DNA of 64,000 nucleotides from Oscillospiraceae bacterium (GTDB lineage Bacteria; Bacillota; Clostridia; Oscillospirales; Ruminococcaceae): NCBI GenBank assembly GCA_009780025.1, contig WRAV01000002.1, positions 38,126 to 102,125 of the forward strand, read 5' to 3'. Shown piece by piece: positions 46,938 to 55,177 of this stretch (position 1 is its first letter; each line of letters starts with the position of its first letter). The notes under the pieces were generated by a model. It saw only the letters and a program-made list of their open reading frames with translations, ran no database searches and was not told where the DNA came from. The position numbers and the translations under genes were made by a program.

Positions 46938-49900
46938 CTATTGCACCAGGGCAACGTTTTTCTCCCCAAGCAGCAACCCAAGCTCTCGGGTGAGAACATC
47001 GTTGGGTGCGACCCAGTAGGTCTTTGGGGTGCGCAGCAGCTTTTTTGCGTCGCTGTAGTAGAAGTATACAGGCAGCGGCCCTTCAAAGACAGCCAGCAGG
47101 TTTTGGGCGCGGCCTACCAGCTCGCTCTCCTGCCCGGGGAATTTGAGGTAAAGACCCTGTTTGCCGGCGGCGGCACGCCCTCCTCCCTGAGCGGTGGCGG
47201 GAGTGGGCACGGGCGGGCGGGGATGGAACCCCACCCCTACACTTGCGGAATCTTGGCATTCATTCGTAAGATCGGGCTTCCATGCTCGACCATCTTTCCC
47301 CGCGTCTTCCGGCGCAAGAATCTCTTCACAGACCAGCTGGGCAGCGCCCTCTTCGGTTTCTTTTATCCGGCCCCGTACAGCCACTACCTGGCCCTCCGCA
47401 AGCATAGAGGCGCTCTGGGCGTACGTCTTGGGGAAGATGATTATTTCGATTGTGCCGGTTTTGTCTTCAAGCTGGGCAAATGCCATCATCTCGTTGCTCT
47501 TGGTGGTTTTGAGCTTTCTGCCCGCCAGTATGCCCAGCAGGAGCGCTCGCTCGCCATCCGCGCGCTTGTTTTGGTGGAGTTGCGCTATAGGTATAGCACC
47601 GATTTTGCCGGCAGTCTCTTCGTGGGCTTCAAGCGGGTGCCCGGAAAGATAGAGCCCGGTGGTTTCCTTTTCGTAGGCCAGCCGGATCTGGGGCGGGTGT
47701 TCGGGCAGGTCGGGCAAGACATATCCCGCGCTCTCGCCCTTTTTGGCTGTCGAGAACAAGTCCATCTGCCCGCTTATGTTGTTTTGCGCGTCCTTTTCAA
47801 TGTCCTCGTAGAGAGCCGGGAAACCCTTTTCCATCTGCTGGCGGGTATGACCAAAGCTGTCCAACGCACCGCAACGGATAAGGTTTTCTATCCCGCGCTT
47901 GCCCAGCTCCTTGCCCTGCATTCGGCGCAAAAAGTCCTCTAAGTTCAGGAATTTGCCGGCCCGCTCCCGCTCGGCGCAAAGCTCCTGGATAGCCTTCCGG
48001 CCCAGATTTTTGACAGCCAGCAGCCCAAAGCGAATGCTTTCGCCCACCACCGTAAAGCTGTGCTCGCTCTCGTTTATGTCAGGGGGGAGCACCTTCAAGC
48101 CTAGCCGCTTGCACTCGCCGATGTAGTCGATTACTTTGTCGGTGCTGTCAAGTATGCTGGTGAGCAGGGCGGCCATATACTCCTTGGGGTAGTGGCATTT
48201 GAGGTAAGCGGTCTGGTAGCTTAGCATGGCGTATGCCGCCGCGTGGCTCTTGTTGAAGGCGTATGAGGCAAACGAGCTCATCTGCTCGAAGATGTCGTTG
48301 GCGACCGGCTCTGGTACACCGCCCCGCACGCAGCCGACGCAGCCTTGGGGCCCTTCCTCTCCATGGATGAAGGCGCGGCGCTCTTTTTCCATAACATCGT
48401 GCTTCTTTTTGCTCATGGCGCGGCGGACAAGGTCGGCCCGGCCATAGGAGTATCCGGCCAGCTCCCGGCAGATTTGCATCACCTGCTCTTGGTAGACGAT
48501 ACAGCCGTAGGTCACCTTTAGTATGGGCTCGAGCATGGGGTGTGGGTAGCGCACCTCCCCAGGGTTGTGGCGGCCATGTATATACCGTGGGATCGACTCC
48601 ATCGGCCCTGGGCGATAGAGTGAGATAACGGCGATCAAGTCTTCAAAGTGGTCGGGTTTTAGCTGGGTAAGCACGTTCTTCATGCCTTGAGATTCAAACT
48701 GGAAGACGCCGTTTGTCTGCCCACGACCCAGCATCTCGAAAACCGGGCGATCGTCTAGAGAGATACTCTCTACCTCAAAGTCGGGCTGGTGGCGCCTTAT
48801 CATTGTGCGGGAATCTTTTATCACGGTCAGGTTGCGCAGACCCAAAAAGTCCATCTTGAGCAGGCCGAGTTCCTCTAGGATACCCATGGGGTACTGGGTG
48901 ACAATAGAGCCGTCATTGCTCTGGAGTGGCACATATACATCGGCAGACTCGCGGGTGATAACCACTCCTGCCGCATGGGTAGAGGCGTGGCGAACCATAC
49001 CTTCGATCTTGCGAGCCATATCGATTAGTTCTTTATTTTGTGGGTCGGACTGGTAGAGCGCACCAAACTCGGGCGAGACCTGCAGCGCGCGCTCGATCGT
49101 CATCCCCAGCTCGAACGGTATGCTTTTGGCGATGACGTCCACTTGTTGGTAGGTCATTCCCAGCGCGCGGCCCACATCCCGGACAGAGCCGCGGGCGGCC
49201 ATGGTGCCGAATGTAATAATCTGTGCCACATGATCGGAGCCGTATTTGTTGGTTACATATTCGATGACCTCTTGCCGGCGCTCGTAGCAGAAGTCTATGT
49301 CGAAGTCGGGCATCGAGATGCGCTCCGGGTTAAGGAAGTGCTCGAAGAGCAGGCCGTACTTAATGGGGTCGATCCCGGTAATGCCCGAGCAAAAAGCTGC
49401 CAGGCTGCCCGCCCCCGAGCCCCTACCCGGCCCCACCGATATTCCCTGCTCTTTGGCATAGCGGATAAAGTCCCAAACGATTAAAAAGTAGTCGGTGTAG
49501 CCCATCTTCTCGATGACACCCAGCTCGAAGTCGAGGCGGTCGGTAACTTCAGGTCCGGGGCTATCACCGTAGTGAGTGTGCAGCCCCTCTAGGCATAGAG
49601 CGCGGAAATACTCGGCGTTATCGGCCCCTTCCGGCGCAGTGAAGTGTGGCAGCTTGGTCTCGCCGAATGTAAAGTCCAGATTGCAGCGCTCGGCAATCTT
49701 GGCGGTATTGGCCACCGCACCGGGATAGTCGGCGAACAGCGCGTCCATTTCTTCCGGGCTTTTGAGGTAGAACTCGTCGGTGACGAACTCCATGTCGCTG
49801 CCGGAGTCCACTGTGCGGTTGGTCTGGATGCAGACAAGCACGTTCTGCATCTTGGAGTCCTCCCGGGCTATGTAGTGGGAGTCGTTGGTGGCAGCCATTG

Positions 49901-50498
49901 GTATGCCGGTCTCCTCCGAAAGCTTGTGAAGCAAAGGCAGAATCTCCCGCTGCTCTGGCATACGGTGGTCTTGGATTTCAATGTAGTAGTTGCCCTCGCC
50001 GAAGGTGTCGCGATACCAGAGAGCGGCTTCTTTTGCTCTAGCGTAGTCCCCGGACTGGAGTGCACGGGGCACCTCTCCGGCTAGGCAGGCGGAAAGGCAT
50101 ATAAGCCCCTCGCTGTGCCGCACCAGCAGCTCCCTGTCCACGCGCGGCTTCGAATAGAACCCCTCTATAAAGCCCATGCTGACTAGCTTTATGAGGTTTT
50201 GGTAGCCGATCTGGTTCTCGCAGAGCAGGATGAGGTGGTAGGGGGAGTTATCGACACCGTGCTGCTTGTCCTTCCGTGTGCGGGGCGCAACGTATACCTC
50301 GCAGCCGATTATCGGCTTTATTCCCTGCTTTTTGCACTCCTTGTAAAAGTCGACCGCGCCGTACATCACCCCATGGTCAGTGATGGCGAGCGAGGTCATC
50401 CCAAGCTCCGCCGCGCGGGAAATAAGCGGCCCCAGCTTGCAAGCGCCATCCAGCAGACTGTATTCGGTGTGGACGTGGAGGTGGGTGAAGCTGGGCAT
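46938..50498 (-). CDS. dnaE: DNA polymerase III alpha subunit
   Basis: HLHVHTEYSLLDG PHP domain, GPGRGSGAGS, PDFDIDF, STHAAG, LKMDFLGL, YAFNKSHAAAY, OB fold. Confidence 0.99.
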   Translation of the reverse strand: MPSFTHLHVHTEYSLLDGACKLGPLISRAAELGMTSLAITDHGVMYGAVDFYKECKKQGIKPIIGCEVYVAPRTRKDKQHGVDNSPYHLILLCENQIGYQNLIKLVSMGFIEGFYSKPRVDRELLVRHSEGLICLSACLAGEVPRALQSGDYARAKEAALWYRDTFGEGNYYIEIQDHRMPEQREILPLLHKLSEETGIPMAATNDSHYIAREDSKMQNVLVCIQTNRTVDSGSDMEFVTDEFYLKSPEEMDALFADYPGAVANTAKIAERCNLDFTFGETKLPHFTAPEGADNAEYFRALCLEGLHTHYGDSPGPEVTDRLDFELGVIEKMGYTDYFLIVWDFIRYAKEQGISVGPGRGSGAGSLAAFCSGITGIDPIKYGLLFEHFLNPERISMPDFDIDFCYERRQEVIEYVTNKYGSDHVAQIITFGTMAARGSVRDVGRALGMTYQQVDVIAKSIPFELGMTIERALQVSPEFGALYQSDPQNKELIDMARKIEGMVRHASTHAAGVVITRESADVYVPLQSNDGSIVTQYPMGILEELGLLKMDFLGLRNLTVIKDSRTMIRRHQPDFEVESISLDDRPVFEMLGRGQTNGVFQFESQGMKNVLTQLKPDHFEDLIAVISLYRPGPMESIPRYIHGRHNPGEVRYPHPMLEPILKVTYGCIVYQEQVMQICRELAGYSYGRADLVRRAMSKKKHDVMEKERRAFIHGEEGPQGCVGCVRGGVPEPVANDIFEQMSSFASYAFNKSHAAAYAMLSYQTAYLKCHYPKEYMAALLTSILDSTDKVIDYIGECKRLGLKVLPPDINESEHSFTVVGESIRFGLLAVKNLGRKAIQELCAERERAGKFLNLEDFLRRMQGKELGKRGIENLIRCGALDSFGHTRQQMEKGFPALYEDIEKDAQNNISGQMDLFSTAKKGESAGYVLPDLPEHPPQIRLAYEKETTGLYLSGHPLEAHEETAGKIGAIPIAQLHQNKRADGERALLLGILAGRKLKTTKSNEMMAFAQLEDKTGTIEIIIFPKTYAQSASMLAEGQVVAVRGRIKETEEGAAQLVCEEILAPEDAGKDGRAWKPDLTNECQDSASVGVGFHPRPPVPTPATAQGGGRAAAGKQGLYLKFPGQESELVGRAQNLLAVFEGPLPVYFYYSDAKKLLRTPKTYWVAPNDVLTRELGLLLGEKNVALVQ
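47214..47291 (-). mobile_element. 78-bp REP doublet (REPIN-like) inserted in frame in dnaE
   Basis: Collinear with 55069-55146 (26-nt REP, 25-nt spacer, 27-nt REP). Encodes DnaE residues 1070-1095, GRAWKPDLTNECQDSASVGVGFHPRP. Confidence 0.88.
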
Positions 50499-50561
50499 AT
50501 GGTAAGCCTCCTGGTTGGTGTTAAAAAATGGATCTCTGCCGTAGATAATGCTTATTTAAAG

Positions 50562-51134
50562 CTACACGCCTAGCAATTTTTCTTTCTTGCTGTCATATTC
50601 CTCTTGGGTAAAAACACCGTTGTCAAGTAGGGTTTTAAGCATGGCAAGTTTTTCGTCCAGACTTAAAACAGGAATATATTCGGCCTTTTCTTTTTTCTTG
50701 AGATATTTCTTGATTTCTACCGTTATAACGATTATAAAATATAAAATACTGAAGCCGATTAAATTTTCACGCCAATTCGTTATTATATAAGGAAAGAAAC
50801 CAAAAACAAAGGCCATTGCTCCAAAATAAGCTATCAGAACCCCTATATACAGCACATAATCGATGCTGTGCACTATAATTGAATTCACAGTCTTATTGTA
50901 CTTTGAGATTCTCAATGTAACAAAGTTCTCTGTATTAAACGTAAAAAGTATAATCAATATAATTAGTATGTCTTGGGTGAGTAGTCTCTCAAGCACAGCT
51001 TCTCCCACAGCCCATAAACCGCTTTGATTGAGTGTAGTGGTGATCATGTCAAAGTAGTATACAATTTTTGAGATTGCAAGATATGCTAATAGCATTTTCC
51101 AGATTGCTGACCGCTTCCCCTTTTTTGCGCTCAT
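50562..51134 (-). CDS. AT-rich hypothetical membrane protein with a C-terminal SHOCT-like motif
   Basis: Start probably ATG 51134; four hydrophobic segments; EKLAMLKTLLDNGVFTQEEYDSKKEKLL. Confidence 0.7.
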   Translation of the reverse strand: MSAKKGKRSAIWKMLLAYLAISKIVYYFDMITTTLNQSGLWAVGEAVLERLLTQDILIILIILFTFNTENFVTLRISKYNKTVNSIIVHSIDYVLYIGVLIAYFGAMAFVFGFFPYIITNWRENLIGFSILYFIIVITVEIKKYLKKKEKAEYIPVLSLDEKLAMLKTLLDNGVFTQEEYDSKKEKLLGV

Positions 51135-51230
51135 AAGTACGTTCCTTTCCGCCGCCTGCAAAAGAGGTAGCGCACATAATAAAATCCACATCGCATGATA
51201 AAAGGTACGTAGACGCAACAAGCGGCACCC

Positions 51231-52139
51231 TTATGAACCCCGTATCTCCTCCGCCAGCTTGCTCAGCTTTTCCAGCCGCCGGTGTACCGCTGCGCGGCTC
51301 AGCCGGCCCTGAAAAGTCTCGGCCAGCTCGCGCAGGCTGAGTTCTGGGTGCTCCAGCCGGGTGAGTGCGACTTCGCGCAATTCTTCGGGCAGGGCCATAA
51401 GGCCGAGCTTGTCCAGCAGCAGCTTGATGTCCTCCACCCGTTGTCCGGCCGCGCGTATGGTCTTGTCGATGTTGGCGGTCTCCGCATTTGTAAGCCGCAT
51501 GGCCTGGTTGCGCACTTCTTTGAGCATTTCCACCTCTATAACTGCGAGGCTGGCCCGGCCGGCGCCCATCAGCGCCAACAGGTCCTGAATCTGCCCTTTG
51601 TCTTTGTAGTAGACCACCCAATGTCCCCGCCGGTGGCTCAGCGAAGCCCCTGGCAAAAATCCCTCAAGCAGCTCGTGCAGCCCATCGGCCAGAGGCTTTT
51701 CGCGTACCGCGAACTCGATGTGGTAGCCTTTCTCCGGGTTGGTGATATTACCGCATACTAAAAACACCCCGGCAAGAAAAGCTCCGCGCTCTTCCTGGCC
51801 GGTGAGTGAGGCGGCAAGCTCACATTCAAGGCGAGGCAGGAGGGCAAGCAGGTCTATCCTGTCACTTTCGCGGATGAGGCCAACTTCGTAGAGCGTGCGG
51901 CCACGCACTTTTTTCTCGGTTTGCTCGACCACCGCACTTTGGGGAGCGAAGGCCGTCAGGTGCTCGCTGTAAGCCCTCGCCGCATGGGCGCTCTCGGTGC
52001 TAAGCTGTATCTTATCCGGAGAGTAGCCTTGAGCAAAGGCAAACATACCGTAGGCCTGAGCCTGGCGCATCTCTGCTTTGCTAAATTGGCGCGCGCAGAG
52101 CTCCACTTTAACTGTGCTTGTAAAGGATGCGTGTTCCAT
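51231..52139 (-). CDS. whiA: DNA-binding protein WhiA
   Basis: SFTSTVK.EL, FLAGVFLVCGNITNPEKGYHIEF, VYYK, RLTNAETANIDKT, SL.EL. Confidence 0.93.
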   Translation of the reverse strand: MEHASFTSTVKVELCARQFSKAEMRQAQAYGMFAFAQGYSPDKIQLSTESAHAARAYSEHLTAFAPQSAVVEQTEKKVRGRTLYEVGLIRESDRIDLLALLPRLECELAASLTGQEERGAFLAGVFLVCGNITNPEKGYHIEFAVREKPLADGLHELLEGFLPGASLSHRRGHWVVYYKDKGQIQDLLALMGAGRASLAVIEVEMLKEVRNQAMRLTNAETANIDKTIRAAGQRVEDIKLLLDKLGLMALPEELREVALTRLEHPELSLRELAETFQGRLSRAAVHRRLEKLSKLAEEIRGS

Positions 52140-52150
52140 CTCTCACCCGC

Positions 52151-53008
52151 CTATACTCTTATATCTCTATGCCGCACCGTTACCGGCAGGCTCTTCCCTT
52201 CCAGGTGGGCAGCCAACAGCTGGCAAACCACAACCGAGCGGTGCTTGCCCCCGGTGCAGCCGATACCAACCACAAGCTGGCTCTTACCCTCCCGGATATA
52301 GAGGGGTATAAGGTAATCTATAAAGTCGAACAACTTAGGCAAAAGCCCTTTGGTTTCCTCTCTACTCCGGACAAAATCCCAAACCGGGTCGTCCAGGCCG
52401 GTTAGCTCTTTTAGCTCGTCATCATAGAATGGGTTGGGCAGGCAGCGCACATCGAAGAGCAGGTCGCAGTCGGCTGGGGTACCGTGCTTAAAACCAAAGG
52501 AGGTGCAGACCACTACCATGCTCTCCATGTCGTCTTCCAAGAACATCTCCCGCACTCGGGCGCGCAATTCCCCCGCACCCATTTGCGAGGTATCTACCAC
52601 ATAGTCAGCACGCTCACGGGCAGCGGCTAATAACAACCTTTCCCGGGCAATAGCCTCCTCAATATCGGGATCTTCTTCCCCGGCCAAAGGGTGGCGGCGC
52701 CGGGTTTCCTTGTACCGGGCCAGCAGCCCAGCGCTCGCGCAGTCCAAAAACAGCGTTCTAAAGGGCTGTCCGCGCTCTGTAAGCTCGTCCAGGCAGAGGG
52801 CGTACTCAGAGAAGAGCTGGCGGCTGCGCATATCCACCACCAGTGCGATCTTGTCTATCCGGCCCCCAGAGTCCCGCGGCAGCCCGGCAAACTTGGTAAT
52901 CAGCCGTGGGGGGATGTTGTCCACACAGTAAAACCCGATGTCCTCAAGGGCGTTGGCCGCCTGACTCTTGCCCGCGCCGGACATCCCAGTGACGATAAGT
53001 AGTTCCAT
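52151..53008 (-). CDS. rapZ: RNase adapter / nucleotide-binding protein RapZ (YvcJ)
   Basis: True start MELLIVTGMSGAGKS at 53008; DNIPP, TRRRHPL, SFGFKHG.P, DVRCLPNP, IGCTGGKHRSV. Confidence 0.95.
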   Translation of the reverse strand: MELLIVTGMSGAGKSQAANALEDIGFYCVDNIPPRLITKFAGLPRDSGGRIDKIALVVDMRSRQLFSEYALCLDELTERGQPFRTLFLDCASAGLLARYKETRRRHPLAGEEDPDIEEAIARERLLLAAARERADYVVDTSQMGAGELRARVREMFLEDDMESMVVVCTSFGFKHGTPADCDLLFDVRCLPNPFYDDELKELTGLDDPVWDFVRSREETKGLLPKLFDFIDYLIPLYIREGKSQLVVGIGCTGGKHRSVVVCQLLAAHLEGKSLPVTVRHRDIRV

Positions 53009-53122
53009 GCCAGACACCCCCAGTACCGCTGTCGAAAATTGTTGTAGTTTGACGAAACATTTGGTACGATATAGTTTGACTGTTTCGGTGGTTGGTTGTT
53101 CCTCCCAAGCGGAGGTGATGCT

Positions 53123-53206
53123 GTGGTTACGTATACCGAGCTGTTTCAATTCACGCTCGTAATCAGGACTGTGCATTGCGTACATAAAGAAATAGCCGCA
53201 CCTTAG
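53123..53206 (+). pseudogene. Frameshifted type I toxin-like peptide gene (paralog of 60167-60250)
   Basis: GGAGGTGA RBS sequestered by CCTCC; GTG start; MVTYTELFQFTLVI, then a net 11-nt deletion; the remaining GLCIAYIKK-stop lies in another frame. Promoter TTGTAG-17-TACGAT at 53042-53070. Confidence 0.75.
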
Positions 53207-53279
53207 TGCGGCGCGGCGCTTACTTCCAAGACCAAAAAATCTGAGGAGCAGCCGCCCTCACCAAGGAGCCACTCTTCTG
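53186..53279 (-). ncRNA. Candidate cis-antisense antitoxin sRNA (about 95 nt)
   Basis: Own promoter at 53286-53314. Ends at hairpin GCCGCAC-taag-GTGCGGC plus TATTTCTTT, overlapping the 3' end of the toxin ORF. Confidence 0.5.
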
Positions 53280-53285
53280 GCCACC

Positions 53286-53314
53286 ATTTTAACATAACGG
53301 GCGCCGGTTGTCAA
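53286..53314 (-). promoter_or_regulatory. Near-consensus sigma-A promoter embedded in the hairpin downstream of murB
   Basis: TTGACA-17 nt-TAAAAT with TG extension; overlaps the AACGGGCGCCGGTTG/CAACCGGCACCCGTT inverted repeat (53296-53332). Confidence 0.8.
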
Positions 53315-53359
53315 TCGCAACCGGCACCCGTTAATTATATTTTCGGGGTTTTGCAGCCC

Positions 53360-54274
53360 CTACAGCTCCGACGCCAACAGCACTTCACGCTCAAGCTTAT
53401 ACCCGGTATCTTCCTTGACCCGGCGCTGCACTTGCTCAATGAGTTGAATCACGTCTTTGCAGGTGGCCCCACCCAGGTTGACTATAAACCCCGCGTGCTT
53501 CTCGCTGACTGCGGCGCCGCCCACTCGCAGCCCCTTAAGACCGCACTGGTCAATCAGCGCGGAGGCATAGTTGTCCGGCGGGCGCTTGAATGTGCTGCCA
53601 GCGCTCGGATACTCCAGAGGCTGTTTTTCTCTGCGGCGAGCCATGTAGTCGTCCATTTTTATGCGGATTTCTTCAGGCGGCGCGGGGGTCAGCTTAAATG
53701 TCGCCCCAGTGAGTACACCATCCATTTCCATAAACGCGCTGCGTCTGTAGCTAAAACCCATCTGCGGGGCGGTAAACTCGATAAGGTTTCCGCCGAAATC
53801 CATAAATCCGGCGGTGTGCGCTACATCCTCAATCTGGCCACCGTAAGCACCGGCGTTCATGTAGAGCGCGCCGCCAACCGTCCCCGGGATGCCATAGGCG
53901 AACTCCAGCCCGGCAAGACCCTGTTGCTGGGCAAACCTGCAGAGGTTGCTGAGCTTTGCCCCGGACTGGCAGCTTATAAGAATTTCGCCTTCCCTGCGGA
54001 TTTGAGAGAAACTCTCACCCAGGTGGAGGATTGTGCCATGATAGCCCTCATCCGCGAATAGCATGTTTGAGCCCGCGCCCAGCACCAGCAGCGGGATTCC
54101 CTCCCGGCTGGCAAAAGCCAGCGCCAGAGCGACTTCATCTTGGCTGCCCGGCTCTATGAACAGAGCTGCCGGCCCCCCGATGCGAAAGGTAGACTTCTCA
54201 CCTAATGGAACGTCCCTGGTATAGCCTATGCTATTCTGTGCGAGATGCTCGGCAAATGCCTGGATTTTGTCCAT
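53360..54274 (-). CDS. murB: UDP-N-acetylenolpyruvoylglucosamine reductase
   Basis: TFRIGG.A, LGAGSN.L, GIPGTVGG...MNAGAYG, YRRS, QPLEYPSAGS.FKRP, SEKHAGF. Stop TAG lies in a REP-like head GTAGGGGCTGC. Confidence 0.96.
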   Translation of the reverse strand: MDKIQAFAEHLAQNSIGYTRDVPLGEKSTFRIGGPAALFIEPGSQDEVALALAFASREGIPLLVLGAGSNMLFADEGYHGTILHLGESFSQIRREGEILISCQSGAKLSNLCRFAQQQGLAGLEFAYGIPGTVGGALYMNAGAYGGQIEDVAHTAGFMDFGGNLIEFTAPQMGFSYRRSAFMEMDGVLTGATFKLTPAPPEEIRIKMDDYMARRREKQPLEYPSAGSTFKRPPDNYASALIDQCGLKGLRVGGAAVSEKHAGFIVNLGGATCKDVIQLIEQVQRRVKEDTGYKLEREVLLASEL

Positions 54275-54291
54275 CTGGCAAGCTCCTTTAT

Positions 54292-55002
54292 CTAGTCAAT
54301 GCGGCCAAGTGCTCGCATGAATCTATCGTAGTTGGCGTTTAGAACAAGCTCTTCCGGGAAACCGATTTCCTCCAACATCTCGACAACATCTTCTACCGCG
54401 CCTACTTTTAGGTTTATGTGGGCGTCCGAGCTTAGGACAATGGGCACGCCTACCTGTGCGCAAAGCGCGGCTATCTCGCGGCAGTTGTCTATAGACTGGC
54501 CGCGGCGCATAGAATGAGCGTTCAGCTCTAAAACCTTACCGCAGGCCTTGAACGCCTCGAGCACTGGAACGAGCTCGAACTCGTAGCCTGCCCTATCGCA
54601 GTGGCCGATGACTCGAATAAGTGGGTTTTTGGCTATTTTTATCCAACCGCGGGTATGCTCGGCCACAGTTGCGGGTGCCAGGCAAGGCGGGTGGTAAGAG
54701 GCTATCACCCATTCCAACTGGCTGATAATTTCGTCGGGCAAATCGACCGCGCCATCATAATCCAGTATATTCAGCTCGGCTCCCTTTATGATCTCGATGC
54801 CGTTGATTTCTGTGGGCAGAATACTGGGCAAGGTGCCAAAGTGCACCTTGCTTGCACCGCCGGGCAGAGCCGGGGCATGTTCGGTGAGGCAGAGGAATCG
54901 GTGACCCAGCTCTTTTGCCCTCGCCGCATTTTCTGTGATAGTGGAGTAGGCGTGGTCACAGGCAACGGTGTGGGTGTGGGTATCTCCTACGATGTTTATC
55001 AT
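54292..55002 (-). CDS. PHP-domain phosphatase/hydrolase (YcdX-like)
   Basis: DTHTHT..CDHAYST, TEH, GAELNI, IASYH, IGH, ELN, LSSDAH. Confidence 0.88.
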   Translation of the reverse strand: MINIVGDTHTHTVACDHAYSTITENAARAKELGHRFLCLTEHAPALPGGASKVHFGTLPSILPTEINGIEIIKGAELNILDYDGAVDLPDEIISQLEWVIASYHPPCLAPATVAEHTRGWIKIAKNPLIRVIGHCDRAGYEFELVPVLEAFKACGKVLELNAHSMRRGQSIDNCREIAALCAQVGVPIVLSSDAHINLKVGAVEDVVEMLEEIGFPEELVLNANYDRFMRALGRID

Positions 55003-55068
55003 CTATGGCTTCCTTCCTTGGGGGGCAGTTGATTGCGGGTATAGCTGCATTTAACAAATCCTACAAAC

Positions 55069-55146
55069 GGTCGGGCATGGAAGCCCGACCCTACATAGAT
55101 CTGCCAAAAGTGTTGGAATGTAGGGGCGGGGTTCCATCCCCGCCCG
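55069..55146. repeat. 78-bp head-to-head REP doublet (intergenic copy)
   Basis: GGTCGGGCATGGAAGCCCGACCCTAC, a 25-nt spacer containing TGCCAA, then GTAGGGGCGGGGTTCCATCCCCGCCCG. Confidence 0.9.
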
Positions 55147-55177
55147 ATATGCCCTTTGCTGATGGAGTTGAGGATAT

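Noticed and set aside
53009-53185. 59-aa N-terminal extension of RapZ in the ORF track
   Set aside because: It is the antisense of the toxin locus. The conserved RapZ start MELLIVTG has its own RBS at 53008.
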